Below are positions 50,102 to 59,375 of a DNA stretch of 64,000 nucleotides, piece by piece. Numbering within the stretch: the stretch's first letter is position 1; each line of letters starts with the position of its first letter. A model generated the notes under the pieces. It saw only the letters and a list, made by a program, of their open reading frames with translations, had not been told where the DNA came from and made no database searches. The stretch comes from an uncultured Poribacteria bacterium (GTDB lineage Bacteria > Poribacteria > WGA-4E > WGA-3G): contig CATQHZ020000001.1 of assembly GCA_958296135.2 (NCBI GenBank), forward strand, positions 768,001 to 832,000, given 5' to 3'. The translations under genes and the position numbers were made by a program.

Positions 50102-51732
50102 CACCGGCGATGACAGCACGGGTAAGACAACCGTTTCTGCATCAGTTATTCTCAACTGACGCATTGCGACAGACGAAAAAGATGAAAGTTGAACAACTGC
50201 ACGGGCCCAACGTAAAACCGTTTCAGATCTCTGATTTGGAACGTCTCGTACAAGAAGACTCTGCCGACATCTTCGGGCCGTTCGGGTTTCAGAAAGGCGG
50301 GCAGGTTATCGTTACGCGCGCGCCTGCACGGCTTGACATCATGGGCGGCGTTGCCGATTACTGCGGCGCGAACGTCTTTGAAATGACGCTGGAACGCATC
50401 GCTGTCGCGGCCTGTCAAGCGCGCGAAGATAGACACCTCCGCGCAGTGACACTCGGTGTCGGAAACCAGTATCTCTATCAGCCTACCAAACCTGAAAACG
50501 ATACCGGGAATACGGTGTCGCTCGGGGATAAGCGGGTGAAGCAGGGAGTTCAGATTTCGCTTGACGATTTCTATGCCGATGGCGCGCTCAAAACATACGC
50601 ACAAATTCGCGAACTTTTCAATAAGGATGCGCAAACTGCATGGAGCGGCTATATCCTCGGTGGGTTCTATGCCCTGCTAAAAGAAGGAAAGGTTGAACGT
50701 TTTCCGCACGGTGCCGCGATTGTCATCAAAAGCGACATTCCGATGGGTGCGGGGATTGCCTCATCGGCTGCCATTGAGGTGGCGGCGTTGATGGCAATCA
50801 ACAAACTTTATGAATTAAATTTGGGGGAGAGGGATATCGCTCAGGTGGCGCAAATCGTCGAAAACCGCATTATCGGCGCGCCGTGCGGCATCATGGACCA
50901 GGTGACTTCTGTCTCTGGAAAATGGGGAAAGATTCTCTCGATCCGGTGTCAACCCTCTCCGTCCTCAGTGTCCGATGTCCCTTATGAAATCCTTGAAGGT
51001 GTATCAAAGCCGTTTTACGTCAGTTTTGTCGGTGTGAACACGAAATCACCGCGCAGCACGACAAGCACCGCCTACATTGACGCGCGCACCGCTGCATTTA
51101 TGGGCTTGACAATCTTGCAGAAAGCGTTAAAATTAGAAGAGAACTATCTGTGCAACTTCTCCGTTCAGGAATTTCATGAGCAGTGCGCACCGTTGCTGCC
51201 TGAACAGATGCGCGGCGCGGAGTTTCTTGAAAAATACGGCGCGACCGTGGATACTGTCACGCACGTAGAGCCGAGAAAAGTGTATCCTGTCAGGAGTCGG
51301 GTGCAACACCCGATTTACGAAAACGAACGCGTCAAGCGGTTTATCGCCGCCTTGAAAAATGCGGGCAAACATCCGGAACACATTCGCGCCTACCTCAGAA
51401 AGGCGGGCGCGCTTATGTATGAATCCAACGCGAGTTACCGCGATTTAGCAGGGCTCGGTTCGCCGGAAGTGGATGGCCTTGTTGACATCGCGCAAAAAAT
51501 TGGCGAACCGGGTGGTATCTACGGTGCAAAAATTACCGGTGGTGGCGGTGGCGGCACCGTGGCCCTGCTCTGCTACGGCTTGGTTACCAAAACGTTGACA
51601 CAACTGCTCGCCGCCTACAAACTCGCTTGGGGACTTGACGCGGATATCTTCAGAGGTTCTACGGCCGGTGCCGCTGAATTCGGGCACTACCTGTGGGAGC
51701 TAAAAGAGAGCGAGCCGATCGAACATTTTTAA
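50098..51732 (+). CDS. GHMP sugar kinase (L-arabinokinase/galactokinase-like); start may be ATG 50182
   Basis: RAPARLDIMGG.ADY, IPMGAGIASSAA, GAPCGIMDQ, GAKITGGGGGG. Confidence 0.88.
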   Translation: MTPAMTARVRQPFLHQLFSTDALRQTKKMKVEQLHGPNVKPFQISDLERLVQEDSADIFGPFGFQKGGQVIVTRAPARLDIMGGVADYCGANVFEMTLERIAVAACQAREDRHLRAVTLGVGNQYLYQPTKPENDTGNTVSLGDKRVKQGVQISLDDFYADGALKTYAQIRELFNKDAQTAWSGYILGGFYALLKEGKVERFPHGAAIVIKSDIPMGAGIASSAAIEVAALMAINKLYELNLGERDIAQVAQIVENRIIGAPCGIMDQVTSVSGKWGKILSIRCQPSPSSVSDVPYEILEGVSKPFYVSFVGVNTKSPRSTTSTAYIDARTAAFMGLTILQKALKLEENYLCNFSVQEFHEQCAPLLPEQMRGAEFLEKYGATVDTVTHVEPRKVYPVRSRVQHPIYENERVKRFIAALKNAGKHPEHIRAYLRKAGALMYESNASYRDLAGLGSPEVDGLVDIAQKIGEPGGIYGAKITGGGGGGTVALLCYGLVTKTLTQLLAAYKLAWGLDADIFRGSTAGAAEFGHYLWELKESEPIEHF

Positions 51733-51943
51733 TCTTCGTTCCGTAGGCGTGCTTTGAAAGCGTGCCTACCGGGAATTTTCATATCTTCCGCTCCAGTGGA
51801 TGAAGGTTTTGTCAAAAACCTAAGTCTTGACAAGGAGCATGTCTATCAAGCCAGTCGAGCTGCCTGTCAGACCGGCGGACTCCTGTGAAGTCAACCGTCT
51901 CTGCATCAGTAATGCTCAATGAACGCATTGTGAAAGACGCAAA

Positions 51944-53896
51944 ATGCAAAACCGAGAAAAACGCCGCGATATCGGCGTAACATGGCGTGCAATCCTCATC
52001 GCCTTATTCCTCATACCCCCCAATGTATTTTGGGTCATCGAAGTTGAGTGTGTCTGGCATTCTGGGCATCCCACGACTATCTCCCTCTTCTGGAACGTTG
52101 TTCTCAACATCTTCTTCCTTATCTTGATAAACCTGTTTATCAAGCGTGTTGCACCGAAGTCGGCGTTGACGCAAGGCGAGATGATTACCATCTACGCGAT
52201 GCTCTCTATCGCCTCCGGTTTGGCTGGGCACGACACGCTGGCCCTCACAATTCCGGCATTGCCGCACGCTTTCTGGTTTGCAACGTTGGAGAACGATTGG
52301 GCGGACATGTTCCACAGTTATATCCCGCCGCATCTTGTCGTGGCCGATAAGGAAATTATTCGTGGATTTTATGAAGGCGACACGCCGTTTTACAATGCCA
52401 AAATCGGTGGCGCGTGGATAAAACCGACGCTGTGGTGGACATCGCTTATCGTCGCCCTCGGCACCATCATGATCTGCCTGAATGTGCTTATTCGGAAGCA
52501 GTGGACAGAGCATGAAAAGCTCGCCTACCCCATTATCCAGTTGCCGATGGCAATCACGGAGGGCGGCGGTGCCGCCAAACTCTTCCAAAATCGGCTTCTA
52601 TGGTATGGGTTTATCATCGCCGCTGCGCTGAATATTTGGCACGGCTTAGCGCATTTCTTTCCGGTGCTTCCCGATTTCAGTGTCAGACATAATGCGCGCA
52701 ACTGGGGAAAGTTCTTCACCGAAAAACCGTTGAATGCTGTTGGCAATATCCCCGTGCCGTTCTATCCGTTCGTCATCGGCTTAGGGTTCCTGTTACCGCT
52801 CGATCTCTCCTTTTCGATGTGGTTCTTCTTCCTATTTGAGAAAGCACAGCGAGTTTTCGGCAGTGCGCTGGCAATTCCAGCCCCTTTTCCCTATAATAGC
52901 GAACAATCTATCGGCGGCTGGATGGCAATCTTCGTCATCGCGCTTTTTGTAACGCGCAAACATATCGTCAACGTCGCACGCACCGTTTTCGGGCTGCCCG
53001 GCGGCATCGACGACACGCAAGAGCCCATCCGCTATCGCACGGCACTCGTGCTGATAGTTCTCGCGAGCCTTTTTATTATCTGGTTCTGCCTGAAGGCGGG
53101 AATGACGCTTCCGATTATCTTGCCGTTCTTCGCGTTCTTCTTCGCGATTTCATTGGCTATCACGCGCGTCCGTGCCGAGCTCGGCCCGCCTGCACACGAG
53201 ATGGCAGGGATGTGTAACGCGCAGCAGTTCCTCATCAATATCTTGGGCACGCGCGCTATCGGGCCGAATAACCTGACCGTTTTTCCCTATTTTTGGTTCT
53301 TCAGCGGGCGCGGGTATCGCGAACACATTATGCCGCATCAACTTGAGGCGTTTAAAATGGCGGAACGCGCCCGAATGAATACGAAACGGCTGGTGCTCGC
53401 CATGGTCATCGCCGTTGTTGTCGGCTCGCTCGCCTCGTTTTGGGCGACACTCAGCGAGCTCTATCGGTTAGGCGGCGCGATTACCGGTGCAGGCGGCGGC
53501 ATTGGGCCTTCCGTTGGACATATCGGGCAGTTTGGCTGGCTTGCGGGCCTGCTCGCTTTTCCGCGGGAGCCGGACATCCCCGCGATGAGTTTCATGGCTG
53601 GCGGCATGGGCTTCACCTTCCTCCTGATGTTCATGCGGATGCGCTTTATCTGGTGGCCGCTCCATCCTGCGGGGTATCCTATCTCAATGACGTTCGGTGT
53701 CGGCTATTTTTGGAGTTGCCTTGTGATTAGTTCCTTTCTGAAGTGGCTGGCACTCCGGTTCGGCGGGCCCGGCACTTATCGGCGGATGGTATTCTTTTTC
53801 TTTGGCGTTATCCTCGGCGAATACTGCGTCGGTGCGTTTTGGAGTGTGCTGAGCGTTATTATCCGCGAACCGATTTACGACTTCGCGCCGGGCTAA
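51944..53896 (+). CDS. Multi-pass membrane protein (DUF6785/DUF6784-like, putative transporter)
   Basis: More than 14 TM segments, RKQW..EKL.YP, WWPLHPAGY. Confidence 0.75.
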   Translation: MQNREKRRDIGVTWRAILIALFLIPPNVFWVIEVECVWHSGHPTTISLFWNVVLNIFFLILINLFIKRVAPKSALTQGEMITIYAMLSIASGLAGHDTLALTIPALPHAFWFATLENDWADMFHSYIPPHLVVADKEIIRGFYEGDTPFYNAKIGGAWIKPTLWWTSLIVALGTIMICLNVLIRKQWTEHEKLAYPIIQLPMAITEGGGAAKLFQNRLLWYGFIIAAALNIWHGLAHFFPVLPDFSVRHNARNWGKFFTEKPLNAVGNIPVPFYPFVIGLGFLLPLDLSFSMWFFFLFEKAQRVFGSALAIPAPFPYNSEQSIGGWMAIFVIALFVTRKHIVNVARTVFGLPGGIDDTQEPIRYRTALVLIVLASLFIIWFCLKAGMTLPIILPFFAFFFAISLAITRVRAELGPPAHEMAGMCNAQQFLINILGTRAIGPNNLTVFPYFWFFSGRGYREHIMPHQLEAFKMAERARMNTKRLVLAMVIAVVVGSLASFWATLSELYRLGGAITGAGGGIGPSVGHIGQFGWLAGLLAFPREPDIPAMSFMAGGMGFTFLLMFMRMRFIWWPLHPAGYPISMTFGVGYFWSCLVISSFLKWLALRFGGPGTYRRMVFFFFGVILGEYCVGAFWSVLSVIIREPIYDFAPG

Positions 53897-53981
53897 AACC
53901 GCCATTTTACCGTAGGGCGAGGGAAACCTGTCCCTCGCCATGCTTGGAGCAACACAAAACTCACGCTACGATACAAAAACG

Positions 53982-55046
53982 ATGCGCAACTTAACAAAAA
54001 CCTACTTTTTCGCACAAACCGTCCTTCTCCTCAGTCTCTTCGCGACGTTTGCTACTGCCGATGAAGGCAGTCACGCCGCCGAATTCCTGAGTCATGGAGT
54101 CGGCGCACGCGCATTAGGCATGGGGAGCGCGTTCGTCGCTACCGCTGACGATGCCACCGCTACCTATTGGAACCCCGCCGGGCTGACGCAAGTCAAAAAA
54201 CATAGTTTTTCGGCGATGTATGCCGATACTTTTAGGGCAGGAGAGGGGAGCTGGTTGAGCCGCGGTTTGGTTAACTACAATTTCGCGAACTATGTCTACC
54301 AGATTGAAGACATCGGCAGCGTCGGCGTGAGTTGGATGCGCCTCGGTGTTGACGATATTCCGCGCACGACTTTCATTGATACCAACAACAACGGTATCTT
54401 GGGCGATTTTCAGGACAAAAACGGGAACGGCATCAAAGAGGATGGCGAACTTTACATCGACCGGCCCGAAGTCGCCGAGTATTTCAGCAATACCGACACT
54501 GCTATCTTCATCTCCTATGCGCGCCAACTCCACTCCATCGTAGCTGTTGGCGGTAACCTGAAACTGCTCAATCAGGCGATTTTTGAGAATACCGGGCGCG
54601 GGTTCGGCGTAGATATCGGTGTCATCGTTGAGCCTTATCGAGGACTCCGGGTCGGCGCGCTGCTGCTTGATGCGACAGGCACGCAAGTCACGTGGGATAC
54701 GCCGGACGAACCGACGTTCACCCGTGGGCGGCGAATCAGATTGGGCAGTGCGTATCACTTTAGCGTGCCGCGCCTCGGCAAAGGTAGCATCGGCGCAGAT
54801 GTAGAAACCGGTCAGGCGGATTTGGAAGCAGGCGCAGCATCTGCAGGCGGGATGCTCTTCCGAGTAGGAGGAGAGTATTGGCTTTTTAACACGGTTGCCT
54901 TGCGCGGGGGTTGGAATGGGAAGGGGCTTTCTGTCGGTGCTGGCTTGCGCGTGAAGGTGAATACGATGGCGTTCTTCGTGGACTATGCCTTTAATACGCA
55001 CACCCTCGGCGGTTCGCAAAGGATTTCTGTTTCTGGGGAGTTTTAA
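53982..55046 (+). CDS. PorV/PorQ (FadL-like) family outer-membrane barrel
   Basis: FL..GVGARALGMGSAF.A.ADDATA.YWNPAGL; C-terminal DYAF..H.LG...ISV..F. Confidence 0.85.
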   Translation: MRNLTKTYFFAQTVLLLSLFATFATADEGSHAAEFLSHGVGARALGMGSAFVATADDATATYWNPAGLTQVKKHSFSAMYADTFRAGEGSWLSRGLVNYNFANYVYQIEDIGSVGVSWMRLGVDDIPRTTFIDTNNNGILGDFQDKNGNGIKEDGELYIDRPEVAEYFSNTDTAIFISYARQLHSIVAVGGNLKLLNQAIFENTGRGFGVDIGVIVEPYRGLRVGALLLDATGTQVTWDTPDEPTFTRGRRIRLGSAYHFSVPRLGKGSIGADVETGQADLEAGAASAGGMLFRVGGEYWLFNTVALRGGWNGKGLSVGAGLRVKVNTMAFFVDYAFNTHTLGGSQRISVSGEF

Positions 55047-55273
55047 GCCGCCTGCGTTTCCGTAGCGCGTGGGAAAACCTGGGCCTCGCTGTCACCGTGC
55101 GGCGTATTGGGATGGCAAAAATGCAGTCGGCGAACCTGTCGCAAGCGGGGTTTATTTTTATACCCTCACGGCGGGTGATTTCACGGCAACGCGGAAGATG
55201 CTCATTCGGAAGTAGGCGTTTTCCTGATTAACAGATGGTGTTTGGGCTTGCAAGTTCCCGAACACCGCCTGAT

Positions 55274-56470
55274 TCAGATAAGCGATGCCTGCTCAAAAAT
55301 GGTTTCCGCGCCCACCTGTATCCTTACCGGTGCCACATACGTGCGGAGAGTTTCAGGGTTCACGCGCACACCGAGCCCCGGCGCATCTTTCACGCGCACC
55401 ATCCCATCGGATGCAACGCGCAACGGTTCTGTCGTTAACTGCTGCGATAATGCTGAACCTGCCGCGGGATACTCTAGCAGCTCAAAATCCTCATTCGTTG
55501 CAAAGACGTGGCAAGAAGCGGCGAGACTCAAGTGGCTCTTGAACGTATGGTTGACGTACTGAATCCCGTGTTGTTCCGCAAGTAGCCGAACGCGAAAGGC
55601 AGTTGTAATGCCGCCGATACGTCCCACGTCAATCTGCACGAATTGAACGCCGCCGTGCACAACCAGGTCTTCCGCCATTCGGTAGGTGCTTGAGCCTTCG
55701 CCTGCCGCAATCGGGACAGGCGGTTTTCGCTGTGCGAGGGCACCGTACGCCGCAATCGCGTCGGGCGCGAGGGGCTCCTCTAACCACGTCGGTGCAAATT
55801 GCGCGAACGCCTCGGCACGCGCGGCAGCGGTTGCGTCATCGTGTCCCCAGGCGACACCTGCATCGAGCATGATTTGAGCTGCTTCGCCCATGCCTTCGCG
55901 GGCAGCCTGCACTAATGCAATATCGTTTGCCTCACCGAATTTGCCCATTGGCCCCCATCCGAACTTCGCAGCGCGATACCCCTGTTCGCGCAATCCCACG
56001 GCGATGTGATAGGTATCCTCCGGCGTATCGCCAAAAAGCACTGACGCATAAGGCAGTTTGGCGTGCGCAGTCTGGGAAGTGCCTGACATTTCGGCGAGCA
56101 GACGGTAGAGAGGCTTTCCTAGTTTCTGCCCGATAATATCCCACAAAGCGATGTCTGCGCCGCTATAGGCGTGTTGGATGTGTTGGATATCCAACCCGTT
56201 TTGCATCACTTTTTCGTGGAGCCGTAGCACATCGTCGGGACTATCCAGCGTTTCGCCTATCAGCGACTCGCGGATGTTGATGATATTCCCGTGCGACATC
56301 GGGCAGCAATAGACGGCGATGGAGACAAGCGGCGACGCATCACATTCGCCCCAGCCTTCCACGCCGGCATCGGTGCGGGCGCGGATAAGCAGTGTGTCTT
56401 GCGTTCCATCCGCGGCATCCGTGATGTGAGGCATCCGCAAATAGAACGCATCGATGGCGATAATTTTCAT
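55274..56470 (-). CDS. Mandelate racemase/enolase superfamily enzyme
   Basis: GWGE, DIALWD..G, MLDAG, WLEEP, AAGE, QIDVGRIGG. Confidence 0.9.
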   Translation of the reverse strand: MKIIAIDAFYLRMPHITDAADGTQDTLLIRARTDAGVEGWGECDASPLVSIAVYCCPMSHGNIINIRESLIGETLDSPDDVLRLHEKVMQNGLDIQHIQHAYSGADIALWDIIGQKLGKPLYRLLAEMSGTSQTAHAKLPYASVLFGDTPEDTYHIAVGLREQGYRAAKFGWGPMGKFGEANDIALVQAAREGMGEAAQIMLDAGVAWGHDDATAAARAEAFAQFAPTWLEEPLAPDAIAAYGALAQRKPPVPIAAGEGSSTYRMAEDLVVHGGVQFVQIDVGRIGGITTAFRVRLLAEQHGIQYVNHTFKSHLSLAASCHVFATNEDFELLEYPAAGSALSQQLTTEPLRVASDGMVRVKDAPGLGVRVNPETLRTYVAPVRIQVGAETIFEQASLI

Positions 56471-56478
56471 CTTTTTCG

Positions 56479-57036
56479 TTAATGTTCGTCGGTGTTTTCT
56501 GCTTCGGAAGCGATGGAAGGCACCGAAGAATCCTCTTCGTTTGTGGCAGCCATTGACACGGAGCGGAGGACTGAGATGAGGAACCAGCCGAATAATCCGA
56601 CAGCTGCGCCTGCGCAGGCCGCAATTGCCGCGCCTTTCGGTGTGGCAATCTTGTCCAACGTACCCGGGTCAAGTTCACAAGAGACATCCTTCAGATTTCT
56701 GAAGGCGACGATGCGTTTCTCGCCGTGTTGGACGTATTCTACGGTTGGCGCGCGGGGGCCATCTAGTTCAATATCGGCGTGTCCTGCGGGACTGCTCACT
56801 GCGACGCGGTTTGTGCCGGGTTCGCCTACCCAGCGTGCTTTCACGCCGTTGATTCCATCGGTGTCGCGAATCGGTTCCACCCGCGTTCGGGAGAGCGCAC
56901 TGCTCAGCAGCTCGAGCGCGATGTCCTTCGATTTTGCTAAGGCGTTTCCTAAGTTTATTGCATTCACGGTTGTTCTGTTCCCCGAAGTCTCAACATATCG
57001 AGATAAGTCGAGACTTCTAAGTTCCTGCTTCATCAC
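56479..57036 (-). CDS. Orphan hypothetical protein with C-terminal TM helix and acidic tail
   Basis: SD GGAGG before GTG/ATG; 185 aa; ends 9 nt before the next gene. Confidence 0.7.
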   Translation of the reverse strand: MMKQELRSLDLSRYVETSGNRTTVNAINLGNALAKSKDIALELLSSALSRTRVEPIRDTDGINGVKARWVGEPGTNRVAVSSPAGHADIELDGPRAPTVEYVQHGEKRIVAFRNLKDVSCELDPGTLDKIATPKGAAIAACAGAAVGLFGWFLISVLRSVSMAATNEEDSSVPSIASEAENTDEH

Positions 57037-57055
57037 TTACCGCCTCCGAAACGCA

Positions 57056-57441
57056 CCTGCCGATTTTGACGTAGGCATGCTTGGTCGGCGATCGTGCAGT
57101 GCTGTTTGCGAAAGCCAAACAGCACATCTTCGGCGTTCGGTAGTCCCGAACGCCTACACGATCGCCGGCGCGAAAGCCAAGCATGCCGAAGATGTCTTAT
57201 TCTGTAAACAGAATAAGACTGCGTCAAAATCGGAGAAATGCGAATACTACGAGGTCTTACGCGAGCGCCACAGGCGTTTTACGTCTCGGTCAAACCAGCC
57301 GCGACGTTGGTTTTGTAGTCTTAGATACTGCAGCGAGACAATCCTTTCTCCGATTTTTGCGCAGTGCTGTTTGCGAACAGGTCACAGACTGACCTATTCG
57401 GTAGTTTGTTATTACAAACTACCTACGCAAAAATCGGCAGG
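57056..57441. ncRNA. Unidentified highly structured element (candidate ncRNA or cis-regulatory leader) with three repeated junction motifs
   Basis: More than ten 8-21 bp stems found by manual pairing; see findings. Confidence 0.65.
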
Positions 57442-57627
57442 GAATCGCGTCGGACTTACAGCTCCCTCCACCGTCAGTGATGCCTGCGCACCGCCGACTA
57501 TTAATCCGCTTCACACGGGGGGTTAGGACATTACACATGCCTCTTGGTATCGTGCAGCAGGAAACGTTCTTCACGCTCCGTTCGCCAGCCTCTCATCTGA
57601 GAGATAAAACTACTTAAATCAGATATG

Positions 57628-57690
57628 TTACGAATTAACGAGACTTACCGAGAATTCAATCGATTTACTCGGATTTTCGGGCTCTAGCAC
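57628..57690 (-). CDS. Possible 20 aa leader peptide MLEPENPSKSIEFSVSLVNS
   Basis: Strong SD AAGGAGG just before GTG, at the 5' end of the long leader. Confidence 0.3.
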   Translation of the reverse strand: MLEPENPSKSIEFSVSLVNS

Positions 57691-58062
57691 TCTCCTCCTT
57701 TGTGGATAGAGGCTTGAAAAATAGTATCGCATGTTTCGCAAAGAAAATCAAGCGAAAATTCAGCACGATTCAATTTGCTGGCGCGAGGGTGAAAGGGGAC
57801 GGTTTTGAGGGATTCGCGAGGGACGGGGCCGTTTTTGCACTATTCCGTGCGTTCTGCTATAATCGTTTATAGCAATATCTGAATTCGGTCTGCACGCAAC
57901 CCGACCAGAAAGGATGGGGCAAAAGATGGAAAACGAAATCGTTCTGCAAAGAGTTAAAAAACTTGACAAAATTAAGGTTTTATGTCAAAATAGTTAAAAC
58001 CTAGTAAGAAAGCAAGGAAAAGTTAGTGAGCTATTAGCCACGATGAGGAAGTAGCGTTTCAC

Positions 58063-58719
58063 ATGCAGACCGATTCATTGACACCTTATGAACGAGAGAT
58101 TCCACTGTTCCCGCTGCAGGTAGTCCTATTCCCCGGCGGCGTGTTACCGCTTCATATTTTTGAACCGCGGTATCGCGAGATGGTGAAGTACTGTCTGGAC
58201 ACCGATTCCGAATTCGGAGTTGTTTTGATAAACGAGGGTACAGAGGCGGGTGAGTCCGCAAATCCCTATCGCGTTGGCACCGCCACGCGGATACTGGATG
58301 TCCAGCATTTACCCGATGGCCGTATGAACATCGTGACGGCGGGGGAGTATCGCTTTGAAATCCTTGACATTCAGGATGAACTCCCCTACCTCGTCGCGCA
58401 GGTTCGGCTGTTAGACGATGACTTCGCGTTGGAAGTTGAACCGGAGATAGAATCCCTCGCGGAAGAAAGTGCGGCACTCTATCAAACGTACGAGCTCTTA
58501 TCCAGCCGCCTGATTTTCGCATGGCAGCCGACAGAGGAAAACCCAGAACATCCACTGGAACTCGCCTATCAAATTGGTACGCGGCTCCGCATCTCGCTTG
58601 AGGAGAGACAATTGTTGTTGGAGACTGTCCGATTAGAGCAGCTTCTCACGCGCGAAATCGCTATTCTCAAAGACGAGAACCAGCGGATCTCCTTCCGGTT
58701 AATGGCGCGCAACAATTGA
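58063..58719 (+). CDS. Lon substrate-binding (LON N) domain protein
   Basis: IPLFPL.VVLFPG..LPLHIFEPRY, VGT...LPDGR. Confidence 0.9.
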   Translation: MQTDSLTPYEREIPLFPLQVVLFPGGVLPLHIFEPRYREMVKYCLDTDSEFGVVLINEGTEAGESANPYRVGTATRILDVQHLPDGRMNIVTAGEYRFEILDIQDELPYLVAQVRLLDDDFALEVEPEIESLAEESAALYQTYELLSSRLIFAWQPTEENPEHPLELAYQIGTRLRISLEERQLLLETVRLEQLLTREIAILKDENQRISFRLMARNN

Positions 58720-58731
58720 CACACGTGACGT

Positions 58732-59352
58732 ATGGAAACCCTCAAGGCTCCTGTTCATCAGTTTACTGAAACCCGGGCAATCCGCATTTCACGTCGGGAA
58801 TTTTTCTACATCAGCAATCTGCTATCGACTTTCAGACTGTTGATGGCCCCTTTTCTCTTTTATTTTATTTACCGTGCGCAGTGGCAGTTTGCGTCTGCGT
58901 GTGGTGCTATTGCCATCATCTCCGACCTGTTGGATGGTTTTTTTGCCCGGCGTTTGAATCAACACACGCAACTCGGCTACATCTTGGATCCGGTTGCTGA
59001 CAAATTCGTTATCGCCGCGGCGGTGTTCGCGCTGGTTTTGTCAAGCACGAGTTTCCCGATTTGGGCATTTGTCGTCATTGTCGTCCGCGATGTCTCTATT
59101 GTGCTGGGGAACGTTGTCTTGGCATACAAGGCGAAAATGATTACCCGTTCAAACCTCTGGGGAAAATGCACCAGTTTCGCGCTCTCCATTGCGCTGATGC
59201 TCTACCTTCTCCGGCCACTCCTGCCGCAATTGCCGGCGAAGGTTGAAATGTTCAGTCTCTGTGTCGCGCTGGTATTTGTGATTATTTCGACGGTGAGTTA
59301 TGCGCGGCACATGTTCCGTGTGCTAGAAACGCACCGTCATGTCAGCCGGTAA
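58732..59352 (+). CDS. CDP-alcohol phosphatidyltransferase (PgsA-like)
   Basis: SDLLDGFFARR.NQ.T.LG..LDPVADK. Confidence 0.92.
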   Translation: METLKAPVHQFTETRAIRISRREFFYISNLLSTFRLLMAPFLFYFIYRAQWQFASACGAIAIISDLLDGFFARRLNQHTQLGYILDPVADKFVIAAAVFALVLSSTSFPIWAFVVIVVRDVSIVLGNVVLAYKAKMITRSNLWGKCTSFALSIALMLYLLRPLLPQLPAKVEMFSLCVALVFVIISTVSYARHMFRVLETHRHVSR

Positions 59353-59375
59353 GCGGCGGAATTAGGAAATTTGGA

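Noticed and set aside
51839-51922. 27 aa ORF or riboswitch upstream of the DUF6785-like gene
   Set aside because: SD spacing is too short and no recognisable aptamer consensus is present
54114-55019. Long antisense ORFs (also 21164-21916, 26044-26808, 45914-46588, 62995-63699)
   Set aside because: Shadow ORFs of GC-rich genes with clear family motifs on the other strand
57056-57441. Known RNAs (tmRNA, RNase P, group II intron, hammerhead, hairpin ribozyme, glycine riboswitch, retron)
   Set aside because: The diagnostic cores I know are absent (no CUGANGA/GAAA, no domain V, no GGAGA/UCAGG pair); CAGTGCTGTTT only loosely resembles the hairpin substrate; no reverse transcriptase nearby
56492-57526. 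344 aa plus-strand ORF
   Set aside because: Antisense to the 185 aa gene, no SD, no recognisable domain; the 3' half is explained by base-pairing constraints. Not strictly excluded.
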